The position numbers and the translations under genes are program-made. From Eledone cirrhosa (taxonomy: Eukaryota), in contig OZ024743.1 in the NCBI GenBank assembly GCA_964016885.1, forward strand, positions 231,942,001 through 232,006,000: 64,000 nucleotides of DNA, in the 5' to 3' direction. Within the stretch, counting starts at the first letter, position 1, and each line of letters starts with the position of its first letter. Positions 26,965 through 41,728 of the stretch are shown piece after piece. The notes beneath the pieces were generated by a model. That model made no database searches and was not told where the DNA came from. It saw nothing but the letters and a program-made list of their open reading frames with translations.

Positions 26965-27541
26965 TACATATATATATGTGTGTGTGTGTGTGTGTGCGTG
27001 TGCATATATGTGAGTGTATGTGTTTGTTGAAGATTTCATATAAGTTTTCATATAACCAGTTTTTTCGATATGAACATATATTCCAAACGTCTTCCCTATA
27101 CAATTACACATATGAAATAGTCTTTTTAACATCTTCCATGTCCAAACATAGCATAAATATCGAGCCACACAGCACATCCTAAACATATTTCATTTAAATA
27201 TACACCCGTCTATATTATCCGCTTGATGTAACTTGCTCAATTTTTTGGCAGTAGAAATATTCCTCATATACTTCATATCAGCAGGAATTTCTATTAACAA
27301 GCAGAGGAAAATATTCTGCGTTTTTTATTTATTTTAATACTTGTATCTGGTAAAAAAAAATTGGAAAGTATGCTGTTGATTATTCATGGTGAGTAAGAAT
27401 TCTTCGTGATCATACAGAAATCTAAGCTGAAGTTTTAAGCTATCGTTCGCGGCATGTACGTGTTTGTAATTAAGTGTAACACATATACACGGATAGACAG
27501 AAATAACTACATATACATACATACATACATACAAATATATA

Positions 27542-27592
<51 letters not shown>

Positions 27593-27598
27593 AAACAA

Positions 27599-27644
<46 letters not shown>

Positions 27645-28506
27645 TGAGAGAGGGGGAATGCACACACAGGTGCTCGAGTGCGTATGTCTATGTACGAGTT
27701 GTATATATATATATATATATATATAGGATAACAAGGTATCGTTTAAGATAATCCAGCTAGAGGTTGCAAGTACTCTGTGTTGAGAATAGTTTTAACGCAC
27801 GGCGTTGTTTGCCTCAACAAGAAGTTTCCTTGGCTAGGTGGCAATTTTAAGAGAATTCCTATGCAGGTAGTTCTTGGAGTAATAATAGTGAAAGAATGAA
27901 GAATAACATGGTTGGCTGTATAATATACGGCGATGACCGCATATACAACTTCGGGCACACCCACACACTCACTCGCATATAAGTATTTATTGATAGTGGG
28001 TTGACTTAGTAAACGCTGGGTAGTTTTGAAATTTGAAATGTATTCATGTAAGCATGAATTCTGGTGTAAATTTCTATAATAATAATAATCAACCACTACA
28101 ATGGAAAAGTTCGAGACGGGTAGATTCCATAGTGGCGCCTGCAGAGATTTGAATCCACAAAGAATTGAACCCTGCTTGGCTCTGTTGATAAGTATGGGCG
28201 ATCAAATGTTATAAATGGTTCTCATCTCCTTTCGATGTTCAAAATTTCCCAATGTTTCCTAAATCCTTTGGATGTTCAAACTTCTAGCTATATGCTTAAA
28301 ATCTCCTAAAAGACGGCTGTCAGCGGTAATGAACCACACACCAATCTCATAGGGTACTTTATCCGATTTTCTCAACTTATGTCATTATAGCCATTATACA
28401 ATGGGACGTATACATATTATATATACAGGCATAGAGAGAGACACACACACATGTATATATACACACACTGAAACTCACAAACACATCTATATATATGTAC
28501 ATATAT

Positions 28507-28572
<66 letters not shown>

Positions 28573-28786
28573 ATATATAATAACAACACTTAGAATGAGG
28601 AATGTTCTAATAACTGACCAATGAGAGGAGAAGGGGACCTTTGACACTGAAATTCGTTTGTTTGAATTCATATGACTCCAGTTCCTCAGTGAATTAACAA
28701 CCCAACAAGGAACTGGGCATATCAGAGTATTGACAATATTATACACCTAAACAACATATGTACTTGTCTATACCATACTAATTCAA

Positions 28787-28841
28787 ACTGCCTGAAGAGG
28801 TCACAGCCAAAGATGGCTGTCACTGAAATATATATAGCAGT
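28787..28841 (+). ncRNA. Type I hammerhead ribozyme
   Basis: ACTGC-CTGAAGA-GGTCACAGCC/aaagat/GGCTGTCACT-GAAA-TATATATA-GCAGT; helix I is perfect. Confidence 0.85.
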
Positions 28842-28890
28842 AATAAACGAAGCTAAATTTTAATCATTTGACTTTTATTTAACTTTATTT

Positions 28891-28925
<35 letters not shown>

Positions 28926-28927
28926 AT

Positions 28928-29571
28928 AAACGGAAAAAATGAAACGAAATTTCATTTCCCACTCTTAGTACGGCTGTTACTTAAATATAAGTATGTACAC
29001 GTACATACATATATGTATACACACGTACAGTAGTATGTATATATATATACATACATGCACCCATATATATATGTACGTATGGATTCACCGAACATTTTTT
29101 ATAATGCTTGGTGTGTATGTAAACAAACTTCCCGTATTAAGCCGTAGTGTCTAGCAACCATCGTTGCTCGTTTGTTCAACACTGACAAAGGAACGCTGTA
29201 CTACTTTCAAGCTTATTAGCTATCGTCAGCAACGTAAACCTTCCTGCCAGATTGTTGAACGTATATACTTACCTTATGCATAATAACGGCTGAGTAGCCC
29301 AATTTGCATATCGAGTCGTTAATATGCGTAAGGTAAGTATATACGTTCAACAATCTGGCAGGAAGGTATTCGTTGCTGACGATAGCTAATAAGCTTGAAG
29401 CTAGTACAGCGTTCCTTTGTCAGTGTTAAACAAACGAGCAACGATGGTTGCTAGATACTACGGCTTAACACGGGAAGTTTGTTTACATACAGACCGAGCA
29501 TTATAATAAATGTTCGGTGAAACCATACGTACATATACATATGTGTGCATGTATGTATATATATATACATA
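28928..29571. mobile_element. Inverted pair of a diverged subfamily of the 466-bp retrozyme
   Basis: Homologous to the 47.3-51.9 kb unit; HHR remnants at ~29192-29235 (-) and ~29371-29412 (+); octamer at 29302-29309. Confidence 0.8.
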
Positions 29572-29610
29572 CTAAGTAAGTTAATTTTGATAATTTTCTT
29601 ATTTTACGTC

Positions 29611-29660
<50 letters not shown>

Positions 29661-30070
29661 GACGTAAAATAAGAAAATTATCAAAATTAACTTACTTACT
29701 AAAATTTCACTCCAACTAATTAGTTTCTGAAAGGGAATAAACATGGTTTCCGAATGGAACCCATGGAGAAAGCCTTTCGTCATCAGGAAGTCTTATCTCA
29801 GCTAAGTTCCCAGGCGATGCGTGGACACAGGGAACTTATACAAAAATAATTCAGTGGATGGAAAAAAGCAAGCGTGGACTAAATTCCAAGACATTGAAAA
29901 AATCACTGCCTACTTGTTCGGTGGCAAATTCAAAAGAATCAATCACGTGACATCGAGGTTAATCAGTGAGGAGTGGGGTGTTAAGAAGACAGTAGCCGAA
30001 CTATTACTATGAACTATAGTAGCAGTTTTGGCAAATTTTTGCTCAACAAAATAATTTGTAGATAATTATA
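29572..30070 (-). mobile_element. Copy of the ~531-bp TA-anchored family (see 61297-62165), tail-to-tail around (TA)n
   Basis: Shares gaaagacgtaaaataagaaaatt...aatcaatcacgt...tgctcaacaaa with 61.4-61.8 kb; IR 29572-29700. Confidence 0.75.
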
Positions 30071-30135
30071 TATATATATATACACGTATATAAATATATG
30101 TATACATAAATATATTAAATATATACATAACATAA

Positions 30136-30320
30136 TTGTTTCTACTTTTGGCACAAGGCTAGCAATTACCCACTGCATCACTGGTACTTTATTTTATCGA
30201 CCCCGTAAGGATGAAAGGCAAAGTTGACCTCGGCGGGATTTGAATTCAGAATGGCAAGGGCCGTAACTCTATGCGTCAAAGTATGGCGTCCGACCCTCTA
30301 GCAATACTGCCAATCCACTG
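30136..30320 (-). mobile_element. tRNA-derived SINE copy
   Basis: Reverse complement of 19117-19291. Confidence 0.85.
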
Positions 30321-30433
30321 TTGGGTGGTCATTGACACTCATGACTTATTCTGCACTTTTGTCAATCTCCTCACCACTTGGTGAGGTTGCCGAGTTAATC
30401 GCTAAAGACCCGACCATGAGACAGACTGGCTGT

Positions 30434-30474
<41 letters not shown>

Positions 30475-31928
30475 CTTTCTCTCTATCTCTCTCTCTCTTT
30501 CTCTCTCTCTACCCCTCCCCCTCTCTCTCTCTGTACACAATCCCACTCACATACAAACACACACACAGACTCACATGAATGTGGTTGACATTGAGATTTC
30601 CGCATTACCTCAAGTTTGTGCCAGGATAATAAAAACATGTATTTAAAGCAATTTAAAGTAACTGGGACTTACAAATCCCACCTCAATGTTTGAAAGCATA
30701 ATTTACAAGTGATGTAACCATATATTACAGCATTATTCGTATTCCATTCTCTAATTATGCAATCCATCGTCAAAATCTATCTTCCAAATAATACATTATT
30801 TTAGTGTTAATCTCTACCAGAATTTGTAGGTTGTTGATTCCGATTTTTTTTTTCTTTTTTGTCTAGACATGAGTCAGAACTGATTGAGCAAATTCATTAT
30901 CAAAACCATCCCCACCATAATTATCCTGTCTTTTCTTCCCACCATTACTATCCCAGACAGAACAAAGTGTATCCTGGACTACGTTTATTCCGTTGTGTTT
31001 CTGTTTTCCTTTCTTCTAATTCTAAGTATAGTGTACGAAATCTTAATTGTACAATATATCCTATTTTAGTTAGTAATGTATAATTCAAGGGGTATCTAGG
31101 TGTTATTTCTTGCAGAACTAGCAACCACGTAGCGTTCATTTTATTACGATTAGTCTGTTATTTATGTTGGTCAGAAGAGAAAGCTGTCATCTTTCGTGTT
31201 AAGAGCAAAAGGAGTTATCCCCCGAACGTAAGCCTTACACGAAAGCTTGTAACATAGTGTACTGTGTTAAAAACACCTAAACACCTAAACTACGTACAAG
31301 AACGATGTCCTCAAACGACCTTCACATTATATCCGCCTCCAAATTCCAAGCTGAAAAGTTTACCCAAGACGCTGCACACTTGTTTGAGATCCAGCCCGGA
31401 AGCATATAACATAGGAGAGAATCTATAGGGAATATAGTTATACCAGCATATGAAAAAGCTCCTTATTTAGATGGTAGTTTTAACTCTTGAGTTGATTAAA
31501 ACGTTATAGTTCTGTACATTTGATGCAGTAGTTGTTATCCCCGGTAGTAATGATAATTGAGACTCATAAAATAGTCATGATATTGATGGATGTTGGGCAC
31601 TGATACTTGAAATATGGGTATTTGTGATTATGATGTTGACTGTAGACAAAGCATTAAAATACTGATCACTAACAAAAGCAATTCATATTGCACGAGATAC
31701 ATAATAGATTATTTTTCTACCCTGTACATAAGAATATTAGTTTTAATCTGTACAAACATTATACGCGAACAGAAATTCACAGTATCATTAGGGAAATGGT
31801 TCTTAGTCGCAGATTTTGAACTTATCATGGCCTCAAAATTGGTTAAACTAAATCGTTTACTACAGATCGCATCTGCGAATATTGAGTTTGCAATAAATTA
31901 ATATGTATGTATATAATATTATATTATT

Positions 31929-31975
<47 letters not shown>

Positions 31976-32951
31976 TGGGGGGTGCGCGTGTATGCCTAAA
32001 TATAGATATGAATATATACACATATATATATATGTGTGTGTATGTGTATATATGTATACATATATATACACATATATATATATGTGTGTGTGTGTGGGGG
32101 GGGGTCGTATGTACGTAAACTGACATGTTAAACACAACACCCCGTCTATCAGGTAATGGAATGACCTGAAGATTCCAACCAATCAACTAATTCGATCTGG
32201 CCATAATCATATACCTTTAACTAGCAATGTAGCAAAGTAATTCTTCTATAGCTAAAGGCTAAATTATAGAGAATTTAGAATAGAAATACATGTTGGCAGA
32301 TCGATTTATTAATCTACACACACACACACGTCCACACACACACGTGCACACACACACATTAAGCATATAAATATACTTATATATAATATATGTCATATAT
32401 ATACTTTGACCCACGTTCGAAACTTACATTCAGTGTCATCTGAGTTTTTCGAGTATTAATAACAACATTCGATTCGTTTGCAATTATGCAAACAAGCCTC
32501 AATTTTATTGGCACGTCAGTAGCATAAACACTTCATTCATGCTCTTGTGTTTTTATTTGAATTTGGTAAAGCCGGCCATTTATCGCTAGTATACAGGAAA
32601 CTGACTGGCCAGTCTGCTGGTATGCAAATCTGGCTGATCAGAGGATCTGCTAATATGCAGATGTGACTGATCAGCCAGTCTGCAAATATTCAAATCAGGC
32701 CGATCAGTCACTGTGTATTTTTGAAAATAGCATATATTTTCACTAGCTCTGACAGTTTGGCAGGTGAACAATTAGCTGTACTGATGAACGGTGATACCCA
32801 GAGACATTAGTGCCTGCAGTTCTGTTCGCATGCAAACACAAGAGCAAGAATGAAGTGTTCATTCTACTGACGTGGCTATAAAACTTAGACTTTTTTGCAT
32901 AATTGCAAACGAATCGAATGTTATTATTAATATTCGAAAAGCTCAGATTAC

Positions 32952-33029
<78 letters not shown>

Positions 33030-33086
33030 ACATTCGAAAATGTGTGAGATCCTTAGTACAGACAGTTAGGTATATCTGAAAAAAGG

Positions 33087-33225
33087 AAAAGAATGACTTC
33101 ACTTGTAGTTGGTATTTTTAAACAATTTAATTTTATAATTTTATAATTTTGCTATGTAGATCTGCATAGCAAAATTATAAAATTAAATTGTGTAGAATAC
33201 CAACTACAAGTGAAGTCATTCTTTT
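33087..33225. repeat. Near-perfect foldback palindrome
   Basis: aaaagaatgacttcacttgtagttggtatt...aataccaactacaagtgaagtcattcttt, centred on AGATCT (33158-33163). Confidence 0.9.
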
Positions 33226-33385
33226 TTTTTTTTTGCACCATATTACCTAATATTTAATACTATTTGAGTCAGTGTAGTTGCAACCCACACATTTTCAAGT
33301 GAAAGTTTTCGCAAAGGCTCTTGGGTGAGCAACTTTCCTTACAAGCACACCCTGCACACAGACACATGGACACACGCACATTATG

Positions 33386-33421
<36 letters not shown>

Positions 33422-33619
33422 ATATATATATATGTCATTGTCTTGTAACTCTTAAGGGAGTCGTTGGGCTGCCGTATAGATATGGGGCATTTCTAGGACA
33501 TTATTTAAACCAGGCGGAGCCCATTCCTTTCCAGGTCTGAATAAAGAAGATTTCTTCCTGAGAAGGATAGAGAGTGAGAAAGAGAGTAAACGAGAAAGAG
33601 ATATAGAGGAAGAATCGCC

Positions 33620-33760
33620 CCCAGTACTTTTTTTGTCGACCTCGAAGGGATGAACGGCAAAGTTGACCACGGCAGGATTTGAAATCAGAGATCAGAGCGC
33701 CGAAACAAATAACGCAAAGCATTCTGTCCGACGTTCTAACGAATCTGCCAATTCACCACC
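33620..33760 (-). mobile_element. tRNA-derived SINE copy (variant)
   Basis: gtcgacctcgaagggatgaacggcaaagttgacc...gatttgaa core. Confidence 0.75.
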
Positions 33761-34008
33761 TACATGCATATAAATATATCAGTTTGGTTAAAACAAGGGA
33801 GGCCGGACAAGTGATGTTTATTTAAAGTTTTATTGTTACAAAAACATTATATATATATATATTTCAGTAGCCTGGATGCGTAACATCCTAGCGACATCAT
33901 CAGGATCGGATTGCATAATTATTTAAATAATAAAGGAATTAAGGCATACACACACAGGCAAAATATACAATTACAGACAAGCAAGCAAGCAATCACAGAG
34001 TTTTAGAA

Positions 34009-34352
<344 letters not shown>

Positions 34353-34494
34353 ATATATACATATATATATATATATTTAGTTAATATATATATATATAAA
34401 AGACTTCCGTAGGAAGGGTAAAGGAAGGGAGGGTGCTCTATGTAAGCTACAGAGCTATTTAGGTATGTAATAAACAACACAATACAATTATTCC

Positions 34495-34559
34495 ATTTAC
34501 CAAAGGTTTCACGAAAACAGACGAGCTCGACACAGACGTACGAAATCGTTCATCAGAAT
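34495..34559 (-). ncRNA. Type I hammerhead ribozyme (related to 45632-45692)
   Basis: Minus strand ATT-CTGATGA-ACGA..TCGT-GAAACC-TTT-GGTA-AAT, inside an inverted-repeat element. Confidence 0.65.
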
Positions 34560-34600
34560 CAGGTAAATGGAATAATTGTCCTATGTTTTTTATTAGATAA

Positions 34601-34668
<68 letters not shown>

Positions 34669-34840
34669 GAAGAGTCAATGGAATCTATACGTATGAATTA
34701 TGTATGTGATATAATAACGGTTTCTGTGGTGAATGAGTATTTTTAAGGGGTACGGGTACAGGCACTTTGCCCAACTTTCCTCCTTTCTCAACCTGACCAA
34801 GGACCAGCTCTGGTATATATGTATATAAAAGAGATCAACG

Positions 34841-35000
34841 CAAAGACCTGGCACTCTCCTGACAAATCATCTCACAATGTGATTGATTACATCTGCATCA
34901 ATATGAATTGGAAATCTTCTATTAGGAATCTGCATAGCTTTCGCGAAGCATATTGCAGTTCTGACCATTCTGTACTAACTGGTATGTACAAGTGATATTC
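34841..35000 (+). mobile_element. APE endonuclease fragment of an old LINE
   Basis: KTWHSPDKSSHNVIDYICINMNWKSSIRN..SSDHSVL. Confidence 0.65.
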
Positions 35001-35264
35001 AAAAACTACCCAAATAAACAAAATCTACAAGCCTTTTCGATATTTCAAAGCTAAAAGTCAAAGGGGCAGATGAACAAATTTGCATCTTTAAAAGATAAGA
35101 ATTTCAGTGGGGCTGCTAACTGAACAATTTGCAAAAGATAGGTTCTCGTAAAGAACAATGGATCTCGGCTGAAATTGGAATTTGATTGATGACAAGATAC
35201 GAATCAAATTAAAACGAGACCAAGCAAAATCACAAGACCTCGGAAATGGAGTTGGCCAACACCT

Positions 35265-35610
35265 TAGTGGAATATTAATGTTTTGACGGGAGCAAAACTA
35301 AACCCAGATGAGTTGCTGGGTTTGCGGCTCGGTATCTGGAGACGCAAATCAAGGCCGACCGACGGACAACAGTGTCGTTGGACATTGGACTGACGGACCG
35401 GTGAATTTTGCCGGGGTCTTGTTTGGACACGACATCGAAGTGGATAAGAACTGGAATGAGCAAGGTGGCAACACTCATCCAGAAATAGCCAGTTATCCCC
35501 GAAGGTCAGATGGAGTTGCAAAACGTGTAGATCGCGTCCGTTCATCTATTACAGCCTGACCGTTGCACCTTGCCCCCGTACACACCTCGCCAAATTGGAA
35601 TGCATACGTG
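35265..35610 (+). mobile_element. Old Tx1 RT fragment
   Basis: NSVVGHWTDGPVNFAGVLFGHDIEVDKNWNE matches the ORF2 of copies 1-3. Confidence 0.8.
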
Positions 35611-36908
35611 CCTGACACACAAGAAGAAGGACATGTTTTTTTGCATGCAACATATTACATAAACCGATATTTCATCTGAAAATATCGTTTCCAACAACAA
35701 ATCTGAAAATATCGTTTCCAACAACAAATGCATATATTACATATTGGATTGCATAATGGAACCATTGAAATAATTATAATGAATAAACGATTTATGTAAT
35801 ATCAGCATCTTTTTTAATGTTACTCTTCAATTGAATTTCCATCGTAACAACATACTATGAAAAGAAAGAGCTTTCTCCTGTTTCCTCATGATTTTTACGA
35901 AAACAACATTTACTGAACACAATATATATATATATGTGTGTGTGTGTGCGTGTGTGTGTGTGTGTGTCTGTGTGTGTGTACTAGTTATGTTTTTACCTAC
36001 AGTTACAGGCGGTGCGCCTGTCGAAGTATTCAATGCTGTTTCAGGTTCCGTTTCATGTGTTGTATTCATATCATTAACATTGTCAATGGAATTTACGTCG
36101 ATAATTTGCAATGATCTATGTATTCGAAATGAAACAAAACTCATTGTTAAAACGGTCAACTCGGCAGGAGAAAATGTATGATACTGGTGTGTCCAATGTA
36201 ATCCCATTAATAGTTTTCAATATATCCTTAATTCTTTTGTCCTTTGGGGGATCATCACAAAAAATAACTTCAGTAATAACAACACCTTAATGGCTTTTGC
36301 TGTCAAAATTAATATCACCGGTTCCTATGAACGTGTTACAATACTGTATCCACCCCTAATCTGCTGCATATATGTGATATCATCATGCATAACAGACACC
36401 TCACAGCAATGAAACAGTGTAATCTAAGCATTACAAGAGAGAGACATCAAAAACGCCTGATCATATAAAGTCGCTATAAGGGTTCTACTATCCCTTAAGG
36501 TAATATGAACATTGCTTAAACATTTTGAAGACTAAACCATATAGAAATTCTATGTTGCACAACGATGCAGAGATAGTCGTTTATTATTAAAATCTTATAA
36601 GCATGTATATCCAGATGAGTATTCCGTGCTAAACTGCCAGTCATAAAATCTTTAATAATGGTAAGGATATAAAACGGTAATAAATAATACAATCTTTCTA
36701 ACGGTTTGGAAAGAGATTAATAAATAGTTTGCCGACTATAATTGTCGTTAACCTAGGAAACACAGATAATGGGACATCTTATTCTCAATTTCGCAATTTA
36801 TATGGATTAAACACCTCATGTAGGCATGTGTATACATTTACAGCTACACACACATATTCAGATGCCCACACATGCACAGGTACACATACACATATATGTA
36901 TGTGTATG

Positions 36909-37024
<116 letters not shown>

Positions 37025-37451
37025 ATACACACGATGAAAGGGACAATAGAATGCACAAACTCTCTCAACAAAATTTGAAGCACACACACACACGCACACA
37101 TTTCTTTTCCATACTCTCTCCAGATTTTAAAAGTTACTTTCCTCCGTCTTCTTACTTCCTGCCACTTCCAGATAGCTGCTATTTCAAAAAAATACACGTG
37201 AAATAACTATCGGAACATACAATCATTAATTTTATGTTTTCTTTCAATTTCATCTTTTCATCTAGTTTTCTTGTTCGAAACGTCAAAATATCCTCTGCGA
37301 GCATCAAATAAATAGCTTTGATTTTTATCTTTTCATCCTCTCTTCGCGTTGTTGTCTCTGTTACAGTACGGTCTGTTCAATAACTATATATATACGCCTG
37401 TATGTATACACATATATATAAAATCCAATGTCAATAAATACACCAGGATTT

Positions 37452-37512
37452 TTTCATTCTAATGATTGAAAGCAAAATTTGTTTGCTTTTAAGAAACCAC
37501 TGGTAAATGAAA
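37452..37512 (+). ncRNA. Inactivated hammerhead (core CTAATGA), paralogue of 45632-45692
   Basis: Same helices with a G5->A core mutation. Confidence 0.65.
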
Positions 37513-37537
37513 TAATTGCCTTATGTTGTTTATTACA

Positions 37538-37592
<55 letters not shown>

Positions 37593-37594
37593 GA

Positions 37595-37660
<66 letters not shown>

Positions 37661-37666
37661 GTATAC

Positions 37667-37712
<46 letters not shown>

Positions 37713-38919
37713 TATATATATATGTTTTTGTGTGTGAGTAAGTATGTGTGCGCGTGTGTGTGTATGTACTACACGTGTTTCATTATTGTATACATTTAGA
37801 GTGAACAGATAGACGTTTCTAGAAGGACAACAAATGTGATAACAGTCCTCATGCTAATGGGCACGTCGAATTCATCTGGTAAGAGCTGCGTCTCACGGAT
37901 TTAAAGTGGGCATTTGCGAACTCCGATATACTAAGGATGGACCTACAGATAATCTTCGGTTAAATATATTCAAGACGCTGTCCCCGCATCAATGCAGAAT
38001 AATGACTGAAAGAATAAATCACTAAAAGAATAGATATATACTAAAAACTAATATATATCACATGGATACTTTTAAGCAAATTTATCTAATATCTCCTTTA
38101 CGAGTTTATTTACTGAGAAATGTGTTCGTCATAGAAGTCTATGTTTCTATATTTCTCTCTAGTTGTTATGTGTGTATGTGTGTCTCTACTTCGTGTATAA
38201 ACTTGTATAAGATTCTGTTTTAGATGTTACTGTTTGTTTTCTTTTAAGTATGGATTCGTATGTGATTGTATGCGTATGTACTTTTGTCTGTATGAGTGAG
38301 GTCGTGTGTGGTAAAGTGTGTATGCTGACGCGAGTGTGAGTTTTATTTGACTATACATTTATTTGTTCTGTTTTTTTTACGACAATCTGTCAGTCTGCCT
38401 GTCAGTTTTCTCCGGGAATAGCGTGACATCTTCTAAAAGACTACGTTTTTGTTTCAAGATTACTGAGTGAAGACTAAACCAGCAACACTAATAATATCGA
38501 AAACAAAAACAAAACGAAACGTAACGTTACAAACAACAACTACATTTACAACAGCAGCAACAGCAACATCCTTTCTAACAACAATATCACAGTATTGGAA
38601 ACAAAAAGAAACAACAGCAAGTGAAATACGAGCAACAACAATAATAGTAAAAATGTGAAGAAAAATATTAATAATACTGATAGAATATTAGTAATGTTAA
38701 TATTGCTGATAGTGATAATAGTAATAATATTGATGAGAGCAATGGCAATATAATGATAGGGACAGAAATAAGATGACTGCTTCGGAAGTAACTCTAGACG
38801 CTGCGTGCAGCTTTGCTGTTTCCTATATTTCCCTGTATTTTTTCTTCTTTATTTCGAGGCTTTTCGAATGTTAAATAAGCACACATACACACCGTTCAAT
38901 GATCACACAACAGCAACAA

Positions 38920-38987
38920 CAAGTACTACTACTACTACTACAACTACTACTACCACTACTACTACTGCTACTACTACTACTACTACT

Positions 38988-39069
<82 letters not shown>

Positions 39070-39070
39070 A
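38920..39070. repeat. (ACT)n/(ACG)n microsatellite
   Basis: Direct inspection. Confidence 0.95.
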
Positions 39071-39108
39071 GACAACAACCATTAATACTACTTGCGTAGT
39101 TGCTGCTG

Positions 39109-39182
39109 TTACACCTACAACAATATCCACGCAGCAACAAATCAAAGACAAAAATGTAAAAAATATAAAATAGACATATAGT

Positions 39183-39224
<42 letters not shown>

Positions 39225-39301
39225 ACTATATGTCTATTTCATAATTTTGTCATTTACATTTTTGTCTTTCATTTGTTGGTGAGTGGATATTGTTGTAGGT
39301 G

Positions 39302-39304
<3 letters not shown>
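39109..39304. repeat. Inverted repeat centred on (TA)n
   Basis: ttacacctacaacaatatccac... / ...gtggatattgttgtaggtgtaa. Confidence 0.85.
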
Positions 39305-39355
<51 letters not shown>

Positions 39356-39645
39356 AGAGAGAGAGAGTGAGTGAGAGAGAGAGAGAGAGAGAGAGAGATG
39401 TGCATACTTATGTATTTATGTATGTATGTATATATTCATACATGCACACATTTAAGTATGTAAGTATGTATATATGTATGTATAACAGCAACAACCAGAG
39501 AAACTCCAATAACACCAGCGATATTAACAAGCAAGACAACAGAATCTCTACGCAGATATTCGGTATCCGACTATATATTAATGGCGCTTTTGCAATGTCA
39601 TTTATACTTGCTTAAATACTATCTGATGTATGCACGAGTGCATGA

Positions 39646-39703
<58 letters not shown>

Positions 39704-39889
39704 ATATTTAAAAGAATAGAGTTGTAACACACAAGTTATGATATATTGGTAAAAGGAAAAGAAAATGCTGACAAATTGTTCACTGGGAAAAGTAGCTTAA
39801 TTAGGAATAAGTGAGAACTAGTAATAGTATTGGTTAGTATTCATAGTATTCATATGCATATATATATATTTGTATATATATACATATGA

Positions 39890-39943
<54 letters not shown>

Positions 39944-40127
39944 GTGAGGTTTTTTTTACAAAATGAAAAATAACCGAAGTGTCCTACACGAGTGAAAGTA
40001 TAAAGAAAAAGAGATGAAATCGAAAATGCAACTGGAGTCTTATTTTTTTTAAAATATATATATTTATTTGGTTCCTTTACCGGTCTCACAGATGTGAGAA
40101 AAACCACAGACCCTCCATCTCAACTCA

Positions 40128-40165
40128 CCTTTTGAAAAGCAGAAGAACTGCGAAACCGGTAAAGG
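40128..40165 (+). ncRNA. Minimal type I hammerhead, U3-A8 core variant, in an inverted-repeat element (~39998-40240)
   Basis: CCTT-TTGAAAA-GCAG/aagaa/CTGC-GAAAC-CG-GTA-AAGG. Confidence 0.8.
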
Positions 40166-40234
40166 AACCAAATAAATATATATATTTAAAAAAAAAATAA
40201 GACTCCAGTTGCATTTTCGATTTCATCTCTTTTT

Positions 40235-40301
<67 letters not shown>

Positions 40302-40346
40302 TATGCATATATATATATATATATTTGTATATATATATACATATGA

Positions 40347-40441
<95 letters not shown>

Positions 40442-40506
40442 TATGTATATATATATATATTTGTATATATATATACATATGAATGTGTATATATATATAT
40501 ATATAA

Positions 40507-40541
<35 letters not shown>

Positions 40542-40744
40542 TAATTTTTATGTGACAGCCTATTGCATTATATGGTTGTCCATTGTTTTTATTTTTATTT
40601 TTTATTATTATTTTTTCTGATAATTAACTGTGTGTGTGCGTATGTAGGTGTGTGTACATATATCTATATATGTGTGTGCGTATGTATGCGTGTATATATG
40701 TGTGTATGTATGTGTGTGTATGTACGTGTGTATATATGTATGAT

Positions 40745-40824
<80 letters not shown>

Positions 40825-40827
40825 TAT

Positions 40828-41321
40828 GGAGGGTGACTTTGGACATCCTGTAGGATTAAAAACAAAACCTGTCAAAGGGCAAAGGAGCTCTTATGAGTCA
40901 ATGGCCATCCAAAATCACCGGGCGAGATGACCGCTTAGCCTTTGTCAAGCAGAATTCTAGGAGAAGGAAAACTCTGATATAACACATGCAACTCTGATGG
41001 TATCCAATAATGATGACTTGTTCTTCTTTTTAGTAAATATCATCTTGGTTAAGAGAGTGGGACTGGCTTTGTGCAGTGCAATTGCTCACTATAAAAGTTT
41101 CACATCACAGGCATTGCTTTATATCTGGAGATCTCTCTGCACTTGTCGTCACATGGTACCAGGGGCCTAGCACTGTGTCAATAATTGTCACAAGTCTAGT
41201 GTTTGTACCAAATTTTTCAAATCGCTGACTGGACTAAAAAGTCACACTCGTTCAGCGCATCGGTGGGGGTTCTCCTACATAGATATAAATTGTTGGCCGT
41301 ACTCGAAAACGAGTTAGCAGC

Positions 41322-41324
<3 letters not shown>
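40828..41324 (+). mobile_element. Non-autonomous RTE-related element (SINE-like, bipartite)
   Basis: RTE-5'UTR-like GGAGAAGGAAAACTCTGA; 3' end TGGCCGTACTCG-AAAA-CGAGTTAGCAGCCAC resembles the RTE 3' end at ~55618-55650; second copy at 55678-55841. Confidence 0.7.
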
Positions 41325-41361
<37 letters not shown>

Positions 41362-41449
41362 GTGTGTGTGTTTGTGTATTTGTGTGTATGTGTATGTATG
41401 GATATGTATATATATATTTTTGACAATCACTTTGACCATATATGGAATT

Positions 41450-41543
41450 ACCCCTTGAGAAGATCGGCTATTTAAATACCAGGATAAATTTTCATTTAGT
41501 CCAGAATTAGCCGTCGAAACGGCTTGAGCTCAGCTGTCGGGGT
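41450..41543 (+). ncRNA. Type I hammerhead in the 5' pLTR (U3-A8 core)
   Basis: ACCCC-TTGAGAA-GATCGGCTA..TAGCCGTC-GAAAC-GGCT..AGCT-GTC-GGGGT. Confidence 0.8.
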
Positions 41544-41728
41544 CTTACTGGTTCCTATTACCCACTCTACTACCTCAAGTATTGAGTACTTTGGTGCGTT
41601 ATGGTCCACCTGGTTCCTTACCACATTTCCTTCGTTATCTAGCTCCTACTCCCGTAGTAGAGCACTTTCCGACCCTACCACACCGTATCCAGACTTTTCC
41701 GCTAAGCTCAATTCATTTCACCCGCACC

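Noticed and set aside
26864-28096. Possible host coding exons
   Set aside because: Stops in the frames I translated and no recognisable motif; cannot be supported without homology or RNA data
41290-41324. HDV-like ribozyme on the minus strand
   Set aside because: Only a simple hairpin with no P1.1/P2 pseudoknot; explained as the RTE-type 3' stem-loop on the plus strand
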